Assembly: GCF_009914755.1 (NCBI RefSeq) | Contig: NC_060936.1 | Direction: 5' to 3' (one strand) | Length of the DNA: 64,000 nucleotides | Source of the DNA: the human T2T-CHM13v2.0 reference genome, Homo sapiens | Shown here: positions 43,217-60,830 of the stretch, one piece after another | How positions within the stretch are numbered: the stretch's first letter is position 1 | Layout: each line of letters starts with the position of its first letter | Notes under the pieces: generated by a model | Databases searched by the model: none | Told to the model about the DNA's origin: nothing | The model's input: only the letters and a program-made list of their open reading frames with translations | Position numbers and translations under genes: made by a program

Positions 43217-43380
43217 AGCCTCACTACAATCCTGTGATGTAAGTATTGTTATCTGCCTTTTTACCATATGAGGAAACTGAGCCTCAGAGAGGCTAAAGTG
43301 ATTTCATAGAAAATGGCAAAGTCACGATTCTAAATGATAACTGCCTGACTCTAAAACCCAAGCTCTTTCACTACAGCAGC
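43215..43380 (-). mobile_element. MIR
   Basis: atatgaggaaactgagcctcagagaggctaaagtga. Confidence 0.85.
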
Positions 43381-43679
43381 CCAACTCGATGCAAAATGAA
43401 CGGAAGAATGAAAGAAGGCAGGAAGGTATAAAGGCAGAAAGGAAAAAAGGAAGGAGGGAGGGAGGAAAAGAGGGAGGAATAAAAGGAAGGAGGAAATAAA
43501 ACAGGAAGAAAGAAAGGAAGATCGTGATTTTTTTTTTCAACTGTACCCAACTCTAATCCTTGCAAAATTCTTCAAACAAGTATCATTGTATTGATTTTCA
43601 TATAGCATTCATGCTTCAACTGTTACAGGTATGATTTGCAAGAGAACATTATAAAGACAATTAATTGACTGCTCATTGT

Positions 43680-43979
<300 letters not shown>

Positions 43980-45614
43980 CTAAACGAGTGGCCACATCAT
44001 TCGGCCATGATACCTCAGCTTGTAGCAACCAAAGCTCTGTCCACACTGTCCCTTCTTGCCAGTATGGCCTCAGTTGGCACATCAAGCATCCATGAGTTTT
44101 GTCCTGGTTCTGGCCTTGCTCTGGATTGTTGATGTGAGTCCTTGCGGAGGATGATGAGTCAGGATGCTTGATCAAGGACTTCAGCAAAATGAGGTTAAGG
44201 ATCAATATGGAGAGTCATAAAAGTTCGCAAGGAGGTGGTGAAGGTGGCATCCCAAATTAGCTGCTTGAGCCTGGTTTACAAACAACTTTTGTCTACAGAT
44301 AACAAATAGCAAAACTTCTCCTGCAAAAATAGCTAAGAAAGTGCTTCCTCATCAGTGGTATAATCCAGATAACAGAAAGACTGCACATGAGTCACATATG
44401 TTCTTTATGGAAATTTTCTTGGATGATTTCAAGATGATACATGTCATCAGATGTAGAACCATCCCAGTCAGTCTACTCAACCAAATTTCCTTTCCTTTTT
44501 TATAATTCCAACTCTTGTTTTAGATTCAGGGGGTACATGTGCAGATTTGTTGCCTGGGAATATTGTGTGATGCTGAGGTTTGGAGTACAATTGATCTCAT
44601 CACCCAGGTAGTCAGCATAGTACCCAAAAGGTAGTTTTTCAACTCCTGCCCACCTTCTCCCCTCTCTTGTAGCTCCCAGTGTCCATTATTGCCATCTTTA
44701 TGTCCATAAGTACCTAATGTTTAGCTCTCACTTATAAGTGAGAATATGTGGTATTTGGTTTTCTGTTTCTGTGTTCATTAGCTTAGGATGACAGCCTCCA
44801 GCTGCATCTAAGTTGCTGCAAAGGGTATGATTTTGTTTCTTTTTTATGGCTGCATAGTATCCCATGGTATATATGTGCCACATTTTCTTTATTCAATTCA
44901 CTGTTGATGGGCACCTAGGTTGATTCCATGTCTTTGCTGTTGTGAATAGTGCTGTGATGAACATATGGGTGCCTATGTCTTTTGGGTACAACTATTAATT
45001 TTCATTTGGATATACATCTAGTAATGGGATTACGGGGTTGAATGGCAGTTCTATTTTAAGTTCTTTGAGAAATCTCCAAACTGCTTTCCACAGTGGCTGA
45101 ACTAATTTACATTCCCACTACCAGTATATAAGTACTCCCTTTTTTCCACAGCCTCGCCAACATCTGCTGTTTTTTGATTTTTTAGTAATAGCCATTCTGA
45201 CTGGTGTGAGATGGTGTCTCATTGTGGTTTTAATTTGCATTTCTCTGATAATGAGTGTTGTTGAGCATTTTTTCATGTCTGTTGGCCACTTGTATGTCTT
45301 TTTTGAAAAGTGTCCATGTCTTTTGCCCATTTTGATAGGGTTATTTATTTTTTGCTTATTGAGTTATACAAATTTCTTATAGATTCTGGATATTACACTT
45401 TTGTCAGATATGTAGTTTACAAATATTTTCTCCCATTCTGTAGGTTGCCTGTTAACTCTGTTAATAGTTTATTTTGCTGTGCAAAAGTCATTTAGTTTAA
45501 TTAGGTCACACTAGTCAGTTTTTGTTTTTGTTGCAATTGCTTTTGAGGACTTAGTCATAAATTCTTCCCCAAGGCCAATATCCAGAATGGTGTTTCCTGG
45601 ATTTGCTTCTATAA

Positions 45615-45918
<304 letters not shown>

Positions 45919-46343
45919 TAGAATTCTTATAGTTTGAGGTCTTATATTTAAATCTTTAACCTACCTTCAGTTAATTTTTGTATATGGTAAAAGGTATGGG
46001 TCCAGTTTCGTTATTTTCCATATGACTAGCCAGCTATTCCAACACTATTTATTTAATATGGAGTCCTTTCCCCATTGTTTGTTTTTGTCAACTTTGTCAA
46101 AGATCAGATGGCTGTAGGTGTGTGGCTTTATTTTTATCAGTTTCATTGTTCTATGTGTCTGTTTTTATTCCAGTAACATGCTGTTTGGGTTACTGTGGCT
46201 TTTAGCATAGTTTGAAGTCAGGTAATGTGATGCCTCCATTACCCCAGTTTTGTTTTGTTTTTGTTGTTGTTTGTTATTTGTTTGTTTTGCCTAGGATTGC
46301 TTTGGCTTTTTGGTTCCATATGAATTTCAGAATAGTTTTTTCT

Positions 46344-46388
46344 TTTGTTTTTTTTTTTTTTGAGACGGAGTCTCGCTCTGTTGCCCAG
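46344..46388 (-). mobile_element. Extremely 5'-truncated Alu (~27 nt plus tail)
   Basis: ttttgagacggagtctcgctctgttgcccag flanked by cagaatagttttttct at 46328-46343 and 46386-46401. Confidence 0.9.
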
Positions 46389-46732
46389 AATAGTTTTTTC
46401 TAAGTCTGTGAAAAATTACATTGGTAGATGATGAGAATAGCACTGAATCTGTAGGTTACTTTAGGCAGTGTGGCTATCTTAATGACACTGGTTCTTCCAA
46501 TCCATGAGCATGGAATGTTTTTTCATTTGTATGTGTCATTTATAATTCCTTTCCACAGTGTTTTACAGTTCTCCTTACAGAGATCTTTCACCTCCTTGGT
46601 TAGATGTATTCCTAAGCATATGTATAGCTATTGTAAATGGGATTGTGTTCTTGATTTGGCTATCAGCCTGAATGTTATTGGTGTTTAGAAATGCTACTGA
46701 TTTTGTACATTGATTTTGTTTCCTAAAACTTT

Positions 46733-49340
<2,608 letters not shown>

Positions 49341-50724
49341 TTAGCAGAGTCTTTAGGGTTCTTTAAGTATAGATTCATATTGTCAGCAAAGAGAGTTTGA
49401 CTTTTTCTTTTCCTATTTAGAAGCCTTTTATTTCTTCCTCTTGCTTGATTGCTCTGGATAGGACTTCTAGTACTATGTTGAATAGGAATGGTGAGAGTGG
49501 GCATCCTTATCTTGTTCCATTTCTCAAGGGGAACACTTCCAGCTTTTGCCCAACCAATATGAAATGCACTGTGGGTTTTTCATAAATAGCTCTTATTATT
49601 TTGAGGTATGTTCCTTTGATGCCTGGTTTCTTGAGAGTTTTTATCATGAAAGAATATTGGATTTTATCAAAGGCTGTCTCTTTACCTATTGAGATGATCA
49701 TATGATTTTGGTTTTTAATTCTGTTTATATGGTAAATCATGTTTAATGATTTGTGTATGTTGAACCAACCTTGCATCCCAGCAGTAAAGCCTACTTGTTC
49801 ATGGTCAATTAACTTTTTGGTGTGCAGCTGGATTCAGTTTGCTAGTATTTTGTAGAGGACTTTTGTGTCTGTGTTCATCAGGATATAGGCCTCTAGTTTT
49901 CTTTATTTGTTGTATCTTTGCCAGGTTTTTGTATCAGGGTGATGCTAGCTTCGTAGAATGAGTTAGGGAGGAGTCTCTCCTCCTTGATTTTTTGGAATAG
50001 TTTCAGCGTAATTGGTACGCACTCTTCTTTGTACATCTGGTAGAATTTGGCTTGACTGCATCTGGTATGGAGCATTTTGTTGGTTGGTAGGTATTTTATT
50101 ACTGGTTCGATTTCAGAACTTGATATTGGTCTGTGCAAGGTCTTGATTTTTTTCCTGATTCAATCTTGGGAGGTTGTATGTTTCCAGGAATTTACCCATT
50201 TCATCTAGATTTTCTATTTCCCTCTGAACTAATATAAACACCTTCTTCTTTTGTATTTCTGTGGGGTAGATTCAACCAAATGTCTTTCTTCATTGAACAC
50301 ATACTAGATGCCGTGCTCTATGCTAAACTCTAGGGTTAAATTGTGAACTAAGCAGAAATAATCCCTGCTTCATGGGACCTATTACAGGAATATATAGGTG
50401 AGTATGAACTATTATATTCCTCTTGGAGAAAAAGTCAATTAAAAATCTTTATTATATAGTGTACTGATTGTGGTAAAGAGGTCTAATTGAAATTTTAGTT
50501 ATAATAACCAAAAAGTTGCCAATAATCCCCAAGAAGATAAAGCTTGCTAGGTTGATGAAGAAAAATATTTCTAAATATAGGCTGTGTCCTGTAAGACAGA
50601 ATACTTTCTCATGCATTTCTTTCCAAGAAGAAAATGCGGTAACAAATCATTCTGACACTTATTGTTGCTAAACAATATCTAGGATCAGCAAAGTAAGAAT
50701 ACTTATTTCATTGAAGAGAATTAT

Positions 50725-50895
50725 GAAACTTCAGGGCTGGGAAGGGGTTTTGAAATGGAATGTCATTCTCTTTGCTTTTACAGATGAGGAAACTGAGATT
50801 TTGAGAAGGCAAATGGCTTTCTTAGCATCACACAAGTAGGAACATGAGAGTTAGAAGGGGAACTTGAGTTTTCTAATTCAGTGCTCTTTCCTCCA
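50725..50895 (-). mobile_element. MIR
   Basis: ttttacagatgaggaaactgag core. Confidence 0.8.
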
Positions 50896-50981
50896 AACCA
50901 AGCTGCAATGAGACCCTTTACTTTTTTTATGAGTACTAATTTACCAAAGAGGTAGTGATTTGCTTATAAACTCTCTCTTTC

Positions 50982-51004
50982 ACACACACACACACACACA
51001 CACA
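50982..51004. repeat. (CA)n microsatellite
   Basis: ~11 perfect CA units. Confidence 0.95.
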
Positions 51005-53735
51005 ATAAAATAATATGCTTTAGGCAACATATCAACTATATAGTAATCTAGCTTTCCACTACAAGTGTTACATGGCAAACAAAAAAAAAATCTGTTCTTC
51101 ATTAATTGAACCTCTAGAAATGGCTTTTACACAAAGCACAGTTGATTACTTAAGTTACTTCACTGTTTACTTGTGGGATTGTTTGATTTTACCCAGAAAA
51201 CAGTTTAGCTTTTAAACATAAATACCCAAGTTTAACAGACCAGAACTCTTTCAAGGACTCATGATAAATATTATATTACTGTATTTGTTCTTTGGCAAGA
51301 AACATTTTTATCCAATTCCGGTACTCTCCATACTGTGGTTATTAAAGATTTACCATAGCAACTTAATTTATTTTATATACTCACATAGAATAAGCTCAGC
51401 TATAGTTGATTAAGAAAAAAAGAGAAGAAAAATAAATTTTAAGTGTAAATTTCTTCAAAAGTAAAGCAGATATATAATATGTATTATCCACATTCTAGAG
51501 CTGAGAATATTTTTAGATACCTTGAAATTTGGCATCAGCTTAACTTGAATCATCTGGCTCGAGGCAGGAACAGGAGTGAGAGATGCTGAAAAACCTACTC
51601 CACCTACCAGTGATGTACACTTCTATGGTCGATGGCTAGTGCTAGCCAGTTGTGAGATTTTAAGGCATTTAATTTTAAGGGATTTCTTTTCCTAGGCCTA
51701 AGTTTTCTCATGTAAACAATGAAAAACATGGAATAACTTGCCTGGTAAATCTCTTGCAGCAGCAGAATTCTCTGTGCCTTTTAGTTCTCATTTTTATTAT
51801 TTACCCCAAAATCTAGATAAGACTCAACATATGTTCCAAGGACAGAGACATCTGTCATGACTGTAATATGCACAGCAAAAGAGGCCCCAACTAACGTCCA
51901 AAAGTACACATGAATCACACCTGTATCAGAACATGAATCGTGATTGAGAGAAAAATGGTCTAGCTGAGAACCCAAAAGTCAGATATACAGACTTCAAGTT
52001 GTTAAAAACATTAAATATGTAAATATTCCTTTTTATTTATTTTTTTACAAAATACTGTTGTCTATATAGTGATCAGATTTCCTGAATTTACATAAACAAT
52101 GACATTGCAACTATGAATATGTTTCCTTACAGGGTGTGAAAGAAGAGTCATCATTCCTTCAATCTAAAAGGATTACATCAATTCAGGTAAACCATATTTT
52201 ATGATATGCATTTATTACATACAATGTGATAATACTAACTCTACCCTTAACTCTAATGTGGGAAATCCCTAAAATAAAATGTCATAAGTTAACTTATATT
52301 CTTAGGCTTTACATTTTAACTGCAGAGATGGAATTCATGGTGGAAGCAATAATTGTTGCCCATAAATGAGAACAATTTACCTGAATGAGTACGGAAACAC
52401 CTCTTTTAAAATCATATACTTTATAGAAAACATAACTTTCTAATAAAGTGTTAATTTTTCTTTGTACTGATTAAAGTATTGAACAACAGTTTCATAATGC
52501 AGTTCCAGAAAATGGAGTGACTGCCAATTAAAAATGTGGGAAGAGAAAGTCTCCATCTCCCTGAAGGAACATACAGAGTCCTTTTAAGATAAGTACATTT
52601 AAAGAAAATCGTTATGCACAACACTAACTTCATTGTAGGTTTTTGGCTCTCTTTCATGTGACTATGTCTTTGCAGATGCCTTTAGTACCAGTGGGGAGTC
52701 TATACTGGAAATGCATTCTTCGCCACTTGGCAGAGTATTCACAGTAAATGAATATCAGAGCTAGGATTTTGTTGTTAGTTTTTTATCTGTGGCTGGCTAA
52801 AAAGACAGACTTTTACCTACAGGTTGGATTATACTAAACAAAAAGAAGGATAAGCAGATTTTCTTTTAAGGCAAGACCAAAGGAAGGAAGGAAGACCAAA
52901 TCAAATTTTCATTTTGAAACAATGAACAATAGCAGACAAGTTGGTTAGCAGGGACACTACGTTTAAATATTTGTGTGTGTTTGCATGTGGGGGGGTCTGT
53001 GTGTCTCAAAATAGGAGCAGAAGGGCAGACTGAACACGTGTTCTTTCCCACCCCAATTACTCTGATATGATCAAATAAATAAATACATTCGTAACGCACT
53101 AGAAAACAAGAAAGGGTGGTGTCAACATCAAAGATGTTGAGATATTTATAAAAGATATAGAGCAGATAGGATTGAATTCTTCATAAAAAAAAGACCAGAA
53201 AAAAACACATAGGAGAGAGAGAGTGCAGAGATGAGAGTGCTTATGGGAACTTCAGGCAGCCTTAGGAGGTCAAGGAGCAATTGTCACAGTGATTAACTGG
53301 GGCAGTGCATTTAGAGGGACTAGGCTGATCAGCCAGCCCCCCTACCTCCTGACTAAGCTGAGCAAAAGAGAGCAGGAATTGCCCTCAGGCTAAACAGATG
53401 AGCATGGGCTCTGAGACCAAAGAGATGGGACAATTCATTGTCACAAGTAGCTAGTGATACCCTTGAGACCAGCTGAAACCTCCTCCTAGCAGAATGCCCT
53501 GTCCTGTCCCCACGATCACTGCAGATAAACTCCTGTAATCCGAATCAATTTCTACTAAAATGTGAACAAGTTATTCAAATATGTATGCCAACAAAACTAA
53601 GATTCCAAGATAAAGAAAAATGTGGGATATAAGAAAGCATGATAAGAAAAAAATATATATATAGTTAAGTTTAAATCTTTTTTCTTTAATTTCAGCTTTT
53701 ATTTTAGATATGAGGACGGGAGCTACATGTGTAAG

Positions 53736-53833
53736 ATGTGTACACATAAATGTGTACATTATATGTGTACACATAAATGTGTACATTATATGTGTACACA
53801 TAAATGTGTACATTATATGTGTACACATAAATG
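53736..53833. repeat. 27-bp minisatellite, ~3.6 perfect copies
   Basis: Unit atgtgtacacataaatgtgtacattat at 53736, 53763 and 53790, partial at 53817. Confidence 0.95.
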
Positions 53834-53986
53834 CTGATGAACTCTATAGTCAAAAACTAATTATAGTTGGAGGCATATTTTAAGAATTTAAAAGTAAAAC
53901 TTCTGGTTAAACTTAATGGATTAAGTCTACATATTTACTTTATTTTATTTTAGAGTGCTACTAAAAACTTAAAAGTAAATTAAACA

Positions 53987-54486
<500 letters not shown>

Positions 54487-54637
54487 TTATGCCTGAAGAG
54501 AGGCATGCCAACAGGAAGCAAGACAATTTGTGCAAAAGAAACCCAGAATGACTTAGGAATTGGAGGCTCTGAGTATCTCTGAAGGTGAGGGTAAAGGGTA
54601 GAACTGAAGAATGAACTCTTAGAAGGAAGTTTGACTA

Positions 54638-54926
54638 CTGTAATCCCAGCACTTTGGGAGGCTGAAGTGGGTGGATCACTTGAACTCAGGAGTTCGAGAC
54701 CAGCGTGGGCAACATGGCGAACCCCCGTCTCTACCAAAAATACAAAAATTAGCCAGGCGTGGTGGCATGCGCTTGAGGTCCCAGCTACTTGGGGGGCTGA
54801 GGTAGGAGGATCACTTGAGCCAGGGAGGCAGAAGTTGCAGTGAGCCAAGATCTCACCACTGACTGTACTCCAGCCTGGGCAACAGAGCCAGATCCTGTCT
54901 CAAAAAAAAAAAAAAAAAAGAAGAAG
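54638..54926 (+). mobile_element. Alu (J/S), 5'-truncated by ~22 nt
   Basis: Starts at ctgtaatcccagc; TSD agaaggaagt(t/c)tgacta. Confidence 0.9.
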
Positions 54927-55129
54927 AAGAAGGAAGTCTGACTAAATAAAAAACAATCAGACCCCCAAGTGTCCTCCCTTATTCCAATATCTAGGTGATT
55001 ACCTCTAACTAAGCTGAGAAGACAGAAAAGTAATGATTCTGGAGAAATTAAATCTGAGAAGCTCTGAGCTCCAGGAACAGGAAGCGCAGCTAATAGATTA
55101 AATGAAATCCTATGGAAAGAACTCCCGCT

Positions 55130-55431
55130 AGCCGGGCATGGTGGCTCAGGCCTGTAATCTCAACACTTTGGGAGGCTGAGACGGGAAGATGTCTTGAGCC
55201 CAGGAGTTAGAGATGAGTCTGGGCAACATAGTGAGACCCCATCTCTACTAAAAATTAAAATTAAAAAAAAAAAAACGGCCAAGTATGATGGTGTGTATCT
55301 GTAGTCTCAGCTACTTGGGAGGCTGAGGTGGCAGTATTGCTTGAGCCCAAAAGGTTGAGGCTGCAGTGAGCCATGTTCATACCACTGCATTCCAGCCTAG
55401 GCAACAGATCCATGGACACATAAAAAAAAAA
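55130..55431 (+). mobile_element. AluJ
   Basis: Diverged dimer, cttgagcccaggagtt..aga, aggttgaggctgcagtgagcc. Confidence 0.88.
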
Positions 55432-55834
55432 ATGGCCTCCCAGAACCCTCCAAATTTGACGGTGGGATTATTATTCCTATTTCACCCAAGACAGGAGACT
55501 AGAGAAGTCCTCTCTGAGGAAACCATCCTGTCTAAGAGACAGAACTACTGTTGAGTTTGAATTCAGTCTGTACACACAGTCTTCTTGAATGATTTGTTTA
55601 TGACCAGTGCATTCTGAGAGTCCTGGTACCTCTCTGAATGAATGATACCTATGCCATATCAGCCTTGGGGGCCCCCAATTAATGAGTTAGTTACTAGAAA
55701 ACTCAGCAGTCAATAAGACTCAGCCTCATACACAGAGCATTTGATCAGCTATTTACAGTATCATTCTTATTGTGAAGAGTCAACCAAAGATTACCAGGTA
55801 TTAAAGTACGCCACCAAGATGAAAAGCAAAGACA

Positions 55835-55866
<32 letters not shown>

Positions 55867-55929
55867 ATAACTCGGAGGGAAAAGAGATAATTCAAAGGGC
55901 AGAATAAAACTCTTAAAAAGTTACACTTT

Positions 55930-56640
55930 CAGGGAATGCTTACATACTATTGGTGGGAATGTAAATGAGTACAACCTTCATGAAAAACATTATAGCAATT
56001 TCTCAAATAAGTAAAATTAGTACTTTCATTCAATCCAGCAATTTCACTATTTGGTATCTACCCAAAGGGAAAACATCATTATATAAAAAACATACCTACA
56101 CTCATATGTTTATCATAGCACTATTCACAACAGCAAAAATATGGAATCAACCTAAGTGTCCACCAATGGAGACTGAATGAAGTTATATATATACACACAT
56201 TTTATATAAATATAAAAAATACATTTTTATATAAGTATATAAAGTATGTATTTATATATGTTTTATATATATATATATGGCATGGAATACTACTCAGCCA
56301 TAAAAAAGAATAAAATTATGTCTTTTGCAGCAACGTGGATGGAACTGAAGGCCATTATCCTCAGTGAATAACTCAGAAAGTTAAATACTGCATGTTCTCA
56401 CTTATAAGTGGGAGCTAAACAATGGGTACATGTGAACATACAGAGGGAAATAATAGACATTGGAGACTTCAAAAAGTGGGAGGGTAGGAGGGGGTGAGGG
56501 TTGCAAAACTACATATTGGGTACAATGTTCACTCTTTGGGTGACGGGTACACTGAAAGCCCAGACTTCACCACTTCACATACAATATATGCATGTGAGAA
56601 ACTTGTACTCCCTAAATATAAATAAATAAATAAATAAATA
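55930..56640 (+). mobile_element. L1PB-type 3' end inside older L1M remnants
   Basis: gggaatgcttacatactattggtggg...gggtgacgggtacact.aaagcccagacttcaccac; (TAAA)n tail. Confidence 0.85.
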
Positions 56641-57559
56641 TTATAACCTCAGAGAAATATAAAAAGATATTATATCCACAAAACAAATCAAACAAGAATA
56701 AGATGCTATTTTTTAAAGAGACCATGAGAAATATATGAAAGGATTCTTTCTGATTGACCAGAATTTTTTAAGTAGGTAGAATTAGAAACATAAAGTTGTA
56801 GAAATTGCCCAGAAATTAGATCGAAATAACAGAGATGGAAAATACAACAAATGGGGGGAAAAAACACAATTATAGGATTATACACAGGAGATCAGAGATC
56901 TGAATTATTGTTTCAGAAAAAATAAATTGAGAGGAAAAATATCAATAATACAAGAAAAGGTACCACATAAATGAAAGATTATACACATTAAAACCTTCAG
57001 CATGACAGCAAATATCTCAGAGTGACTTAATGCCATACACTGAAGCATGGAGTTTGCTAGTAAAGAATTACAAATACTTACTGACCAAAGATAGTCATGA
57101 GCTCAACTGCTTTATGGTAAAATAATTAGCAATTGAGTCTTCCTGCAATTGAGGATGTAATCAGTCATGAGACCACATCATGCCAATTTTCATGACCAGT
57201 TGAGTTCAGAAACTTTGTTTCTTTGTGGTTCATAGAAGTATTACTCCTAGATAAGAAGACTACTGTCTTTCGCTTTGAGACGGGAGTCTCTTTTAGAACT
57301 CCAAACATCAAATGTTCAAGTCTGAAAGCTCATAACTGTCCAAAAGGAGTTACCCACTAAGTGACTTGAATTACGCCTAGAATTCATTTCTCTATCTGTT
57401 CAATTTTCATCCCCCATGAGAATCTTCAATAATGCTAGAGAAATATCTTCAACAACAGCAGCGTGATGACTTGCAAACATTTACTGAGTAGTTCCCATGG
57501 AGGCATGAAAATACATTGGAAAGCAGGCTCATCAGATTACAGGGAGAGATGAGCAAAGC

Positions 57560-59480
57560 AATTTATTTATTTAAACTTTTTATATGAAAAATTTCAAATA
57601 TATTTTGAAATTTCAAAATTCAAAAAAGAAAAAAGAATATAATAAACTCCATGTACTCTGCTTCAATAATTATCAACTCACAGTCAAACTTGTTTTATTT
57701 ACACCCCCATCTAATTCCATTCCCCCCCACACCACTGGATTATTTTGAAGCAAAACCAAGCCATCACATCATTTCATCTTATGTATATCTTCATATGTAT
57801 ATGTATATATGAAGATATACATGAATTTATACATGAAGATGAAATGAATATATATATAGGAATGAATATATATGAAGATGAATATATTTGATATATACAT
57901 ATATAATCAGAAATAAGAACTTTTCCTTAAATCTAAGCACAATTCATTATCATAATTAGAGGTGATTAACAATAATATATAATATTACTAACTATTCAAT
58001 CACATGTGCATGTGTGTGTGTATGTTTTGGAAACACTATAGGTTAAAACATAGTTGATTGTTTTAATTCTTGTAGTTATTATTATTTTATTGAGGCTCAC
58101 ATCATCTCATCTTTGCCTAGAAAAAGGCTTCCCTAGCTGGCTCCAAAGTGTTTTAGACATAGCCCCAAAAGTCACTGCTAGCTCTCTTGCCCTTCAGTAT
58201 GATAAATTATTCCAGGTTCATGTTACACAATTCCTGCCCCAGATCTGTGATCAGTTCTCGCCCAAAGATCCCAGGTTCCTTTTAGTGCTCACAGTCTGAG
58301 CACTAGATTTTGAACCTAGTAAATGAACCCAGAGATACTCATTTTACCTACCTTGTCATTATTGCTAAGTCTTTTCAGTCAATAGAGCCAGGGAATTTAT
58401 ATTTTTACATTAAAATACATCACAATTTCAATTAATAATTACAATATAATTTAAAGACTAGAAGGTTTCTTTTTGGCTCTGTTTTTGTTTTCTGAGACAA
58501 GTTCTGGCCATCACCTAGGCTAGAGTGCAGTGGCCCAATTACAGCTCACTGCAACCTTGAAATCCTGGGCTCAAGCGATCTTTCTGCCTTGGCCTTCTGA
58601 GTAGCTGGAACTACAGGCATGCACTACCATGCCCAGCCATTTAAAAAAAAAATCTCTTTTGTAGAAATGGGGTCTTGCTGTGTTGCCTAGGCTAGTCCCA
58701 AACTCCTGGGCTCAAGCAATCCTCCCACCTTGGCCTCCCAAAGTGTTGGGATTATAGGTGTGAGCCACCACAGCTGGCCAAGACTACAAGGTTTTTACTT
58801 AAACGTTTTTTCTCTTAAATCTAAATTACCTTTCTTCCATACCAAAAATCCTAGTTCCTGATACCAACATAATTTCACTTGCTTTATCCCATAATGCACA
58901 CAACAGTCTCAAGAAGAACGAGAGAGAGAGACAGAGAGAGAGAAAGAGAGAGAGAGAAAAGAGAAAGAGAGGGAGGGAGGGAAGAAAGGAAGGAAAGAAG
59001 GAAAGCAGGAAGGCAGGCAGGCAGATGTAAACAGTAACAACACTATCATCAATAATAATTTTAAAAAACAATGTAAAATTGTTTCACAATTCTTTTTCTT
59101 AGGAGATATCTACATACTGTATCATTTGAAATCATTCCTCTCTGTGAGTATGCCACTAATTTGAGACTTAGGTTCATTCATGTCATTTCGCTTTCAAATT
59201 TCAGAGATTGCTTTGTTTCATGATTATTTTTTATAGTCGTGTTAAACATTTATATGCTTTTGAATTCAAAACAAAAACAAAATAGATTCAGACATATCTA
59301 GCTGTGAATCCTGTCCCCCACCACCTGGTTTCCACCCTCCTCCATAAATAATCGTTTCCTGCAATTGCTTTTAGCATAAGCAAATTTGTATTCAGATTCC
59401 TAGTTAAATAGTAGCATGGTGGACACATTTTTTTTCACCATGACTTTTTCTTACTTAGCAGTAAGCCCTAGGGGTTATTC
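57560..59480 (-). mobile_element. Old L1MC-type 3' fragments, interrupted by an AluJ (58475-58778, minus) and a GA-rich repeat (58915-59022)
   Basis: ctgcttcaataattatcaactca...ggattattttgaagcaaa..ccaag; Alu TSD aagacta(g/c)aaggttt. Confidence 0.65.
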
Positions 59481-60399
59481 CATAAACTTACTGATTTTTT
59501 TTTTTAAAAGTGTGTTACTTACTAGCCCAGGTGAAAAATTTTGTCTATAAAATGGGACCATTAGTAGGCAGCTGCTGGGAAAAAGAAGATTTAATCCAAG
59601 AGTATTATTTTTAAAAATATGCAGATTGGGGCTTTATAGTAAACCTTCATAAAATGACTCACCAAATTCACAGCATCGAGCTGGGAAAAATTAGAGTAGG
59701 TGGCTTTGCTTCTTACAGGCATACACAGTGTACAATTTTACCATGCAAAATGCTTTTGCTACTACAATTTTCCTTTGCTTTGCCTTTTTGAAAAGTAATG
59801 TTCCTTCCTATTTTAGTAGTACCATTTGCATTCCTATTATTCACACTGAACTGTGATTTCCATTTTTATCTTCCGTTTTTTACTTGTTTTCATTCCAGCA
59901 TTTCTCCTCTTGGTCTTTGCCTTTCCTTTATCTTGCCCTTAAATGGAGGCCTCGTGTGCTATGGGAACAGTGCCATGAATTTTCTAACCATCATGCCAGG
60001 CCTCATCCCAATTTAATGATATAAGTTCCCTTGAACCATTGCCAACAAAGCTAGGACATCCCACACACATTTGCTATGGAAACACCTTCATGACTAATGG
60101 TCTCTCAAATTAAGGCATCTTAAAGTTAAAGCTAGAAATGGTATTCATTTTTTCAAAACATATTCTGCAGTCAAGGAAAAATATATAGCAGTTCTCTAAA
60201 AGTTATGAGTTGCTGTATTATTATAATACCCAGTTTCTCTGAGAGGTAGACTCCTACAAACCCAATCTCAAGGTGTGTGCAAAATGAACGCAAGAATTAG
60301 TTGATACTCCTCTGTGTCTTTAACTGAGTAGCCTCTGTTCTCCTCTGCTGTGTGTTTATGAGCTCAGGTCTTTGGATTGTGCCAAGTTCTTTACCTTAG

Positions 60400-60830
60400 A
60401 ACAGAAGCAGAAACATTCAAGACCCTGCATGATTTGGATGCTGCCAAATCAGCAGATCACATCCCACCACTTTTCCCTCTCACACTGTCATAGCAAATTA
60501 CACAGACTTCTTCAGGCCCACCAGGCCACTTTGTGCCTTTGTCCAAGCTATTGCCTCTGTCTAAGAAGACTGTGCTCATTTCCCAGGGGAATCTCTGTTT
60601 TATTCTTAAACACCTTGTTCAGGCATCACCTTCTCTAGCACACCTTCTTCTCCTCCCCAGTGAGAGCCGGCCCTTTTCTTTCTTCCATCTTTTCTTATGT
60701 ATCCATGGATCTGTGACTATCTAGAGGGCAAAATAGATGTTCATTTGTTCCCCACTATGTGGCACCATGCCTGATTAGTACTGGTTCTGCTCAACCATAA
60801 ATGATGGTTAATTAAATAACGGAATGAGTC
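60400..60830 (+). mobile_element. L2 fragment
   Basis: ttcaagaccctgcatgatttgg...ctagagggca...ggcaccatgcctga. Confidence 0.55.

Noticed and set aside
53736-53833. 27-bp repeats as a CRISPR-like array
   Set aside because: Head-to-tail identical units with no spacers and no cas genes, in a human context.
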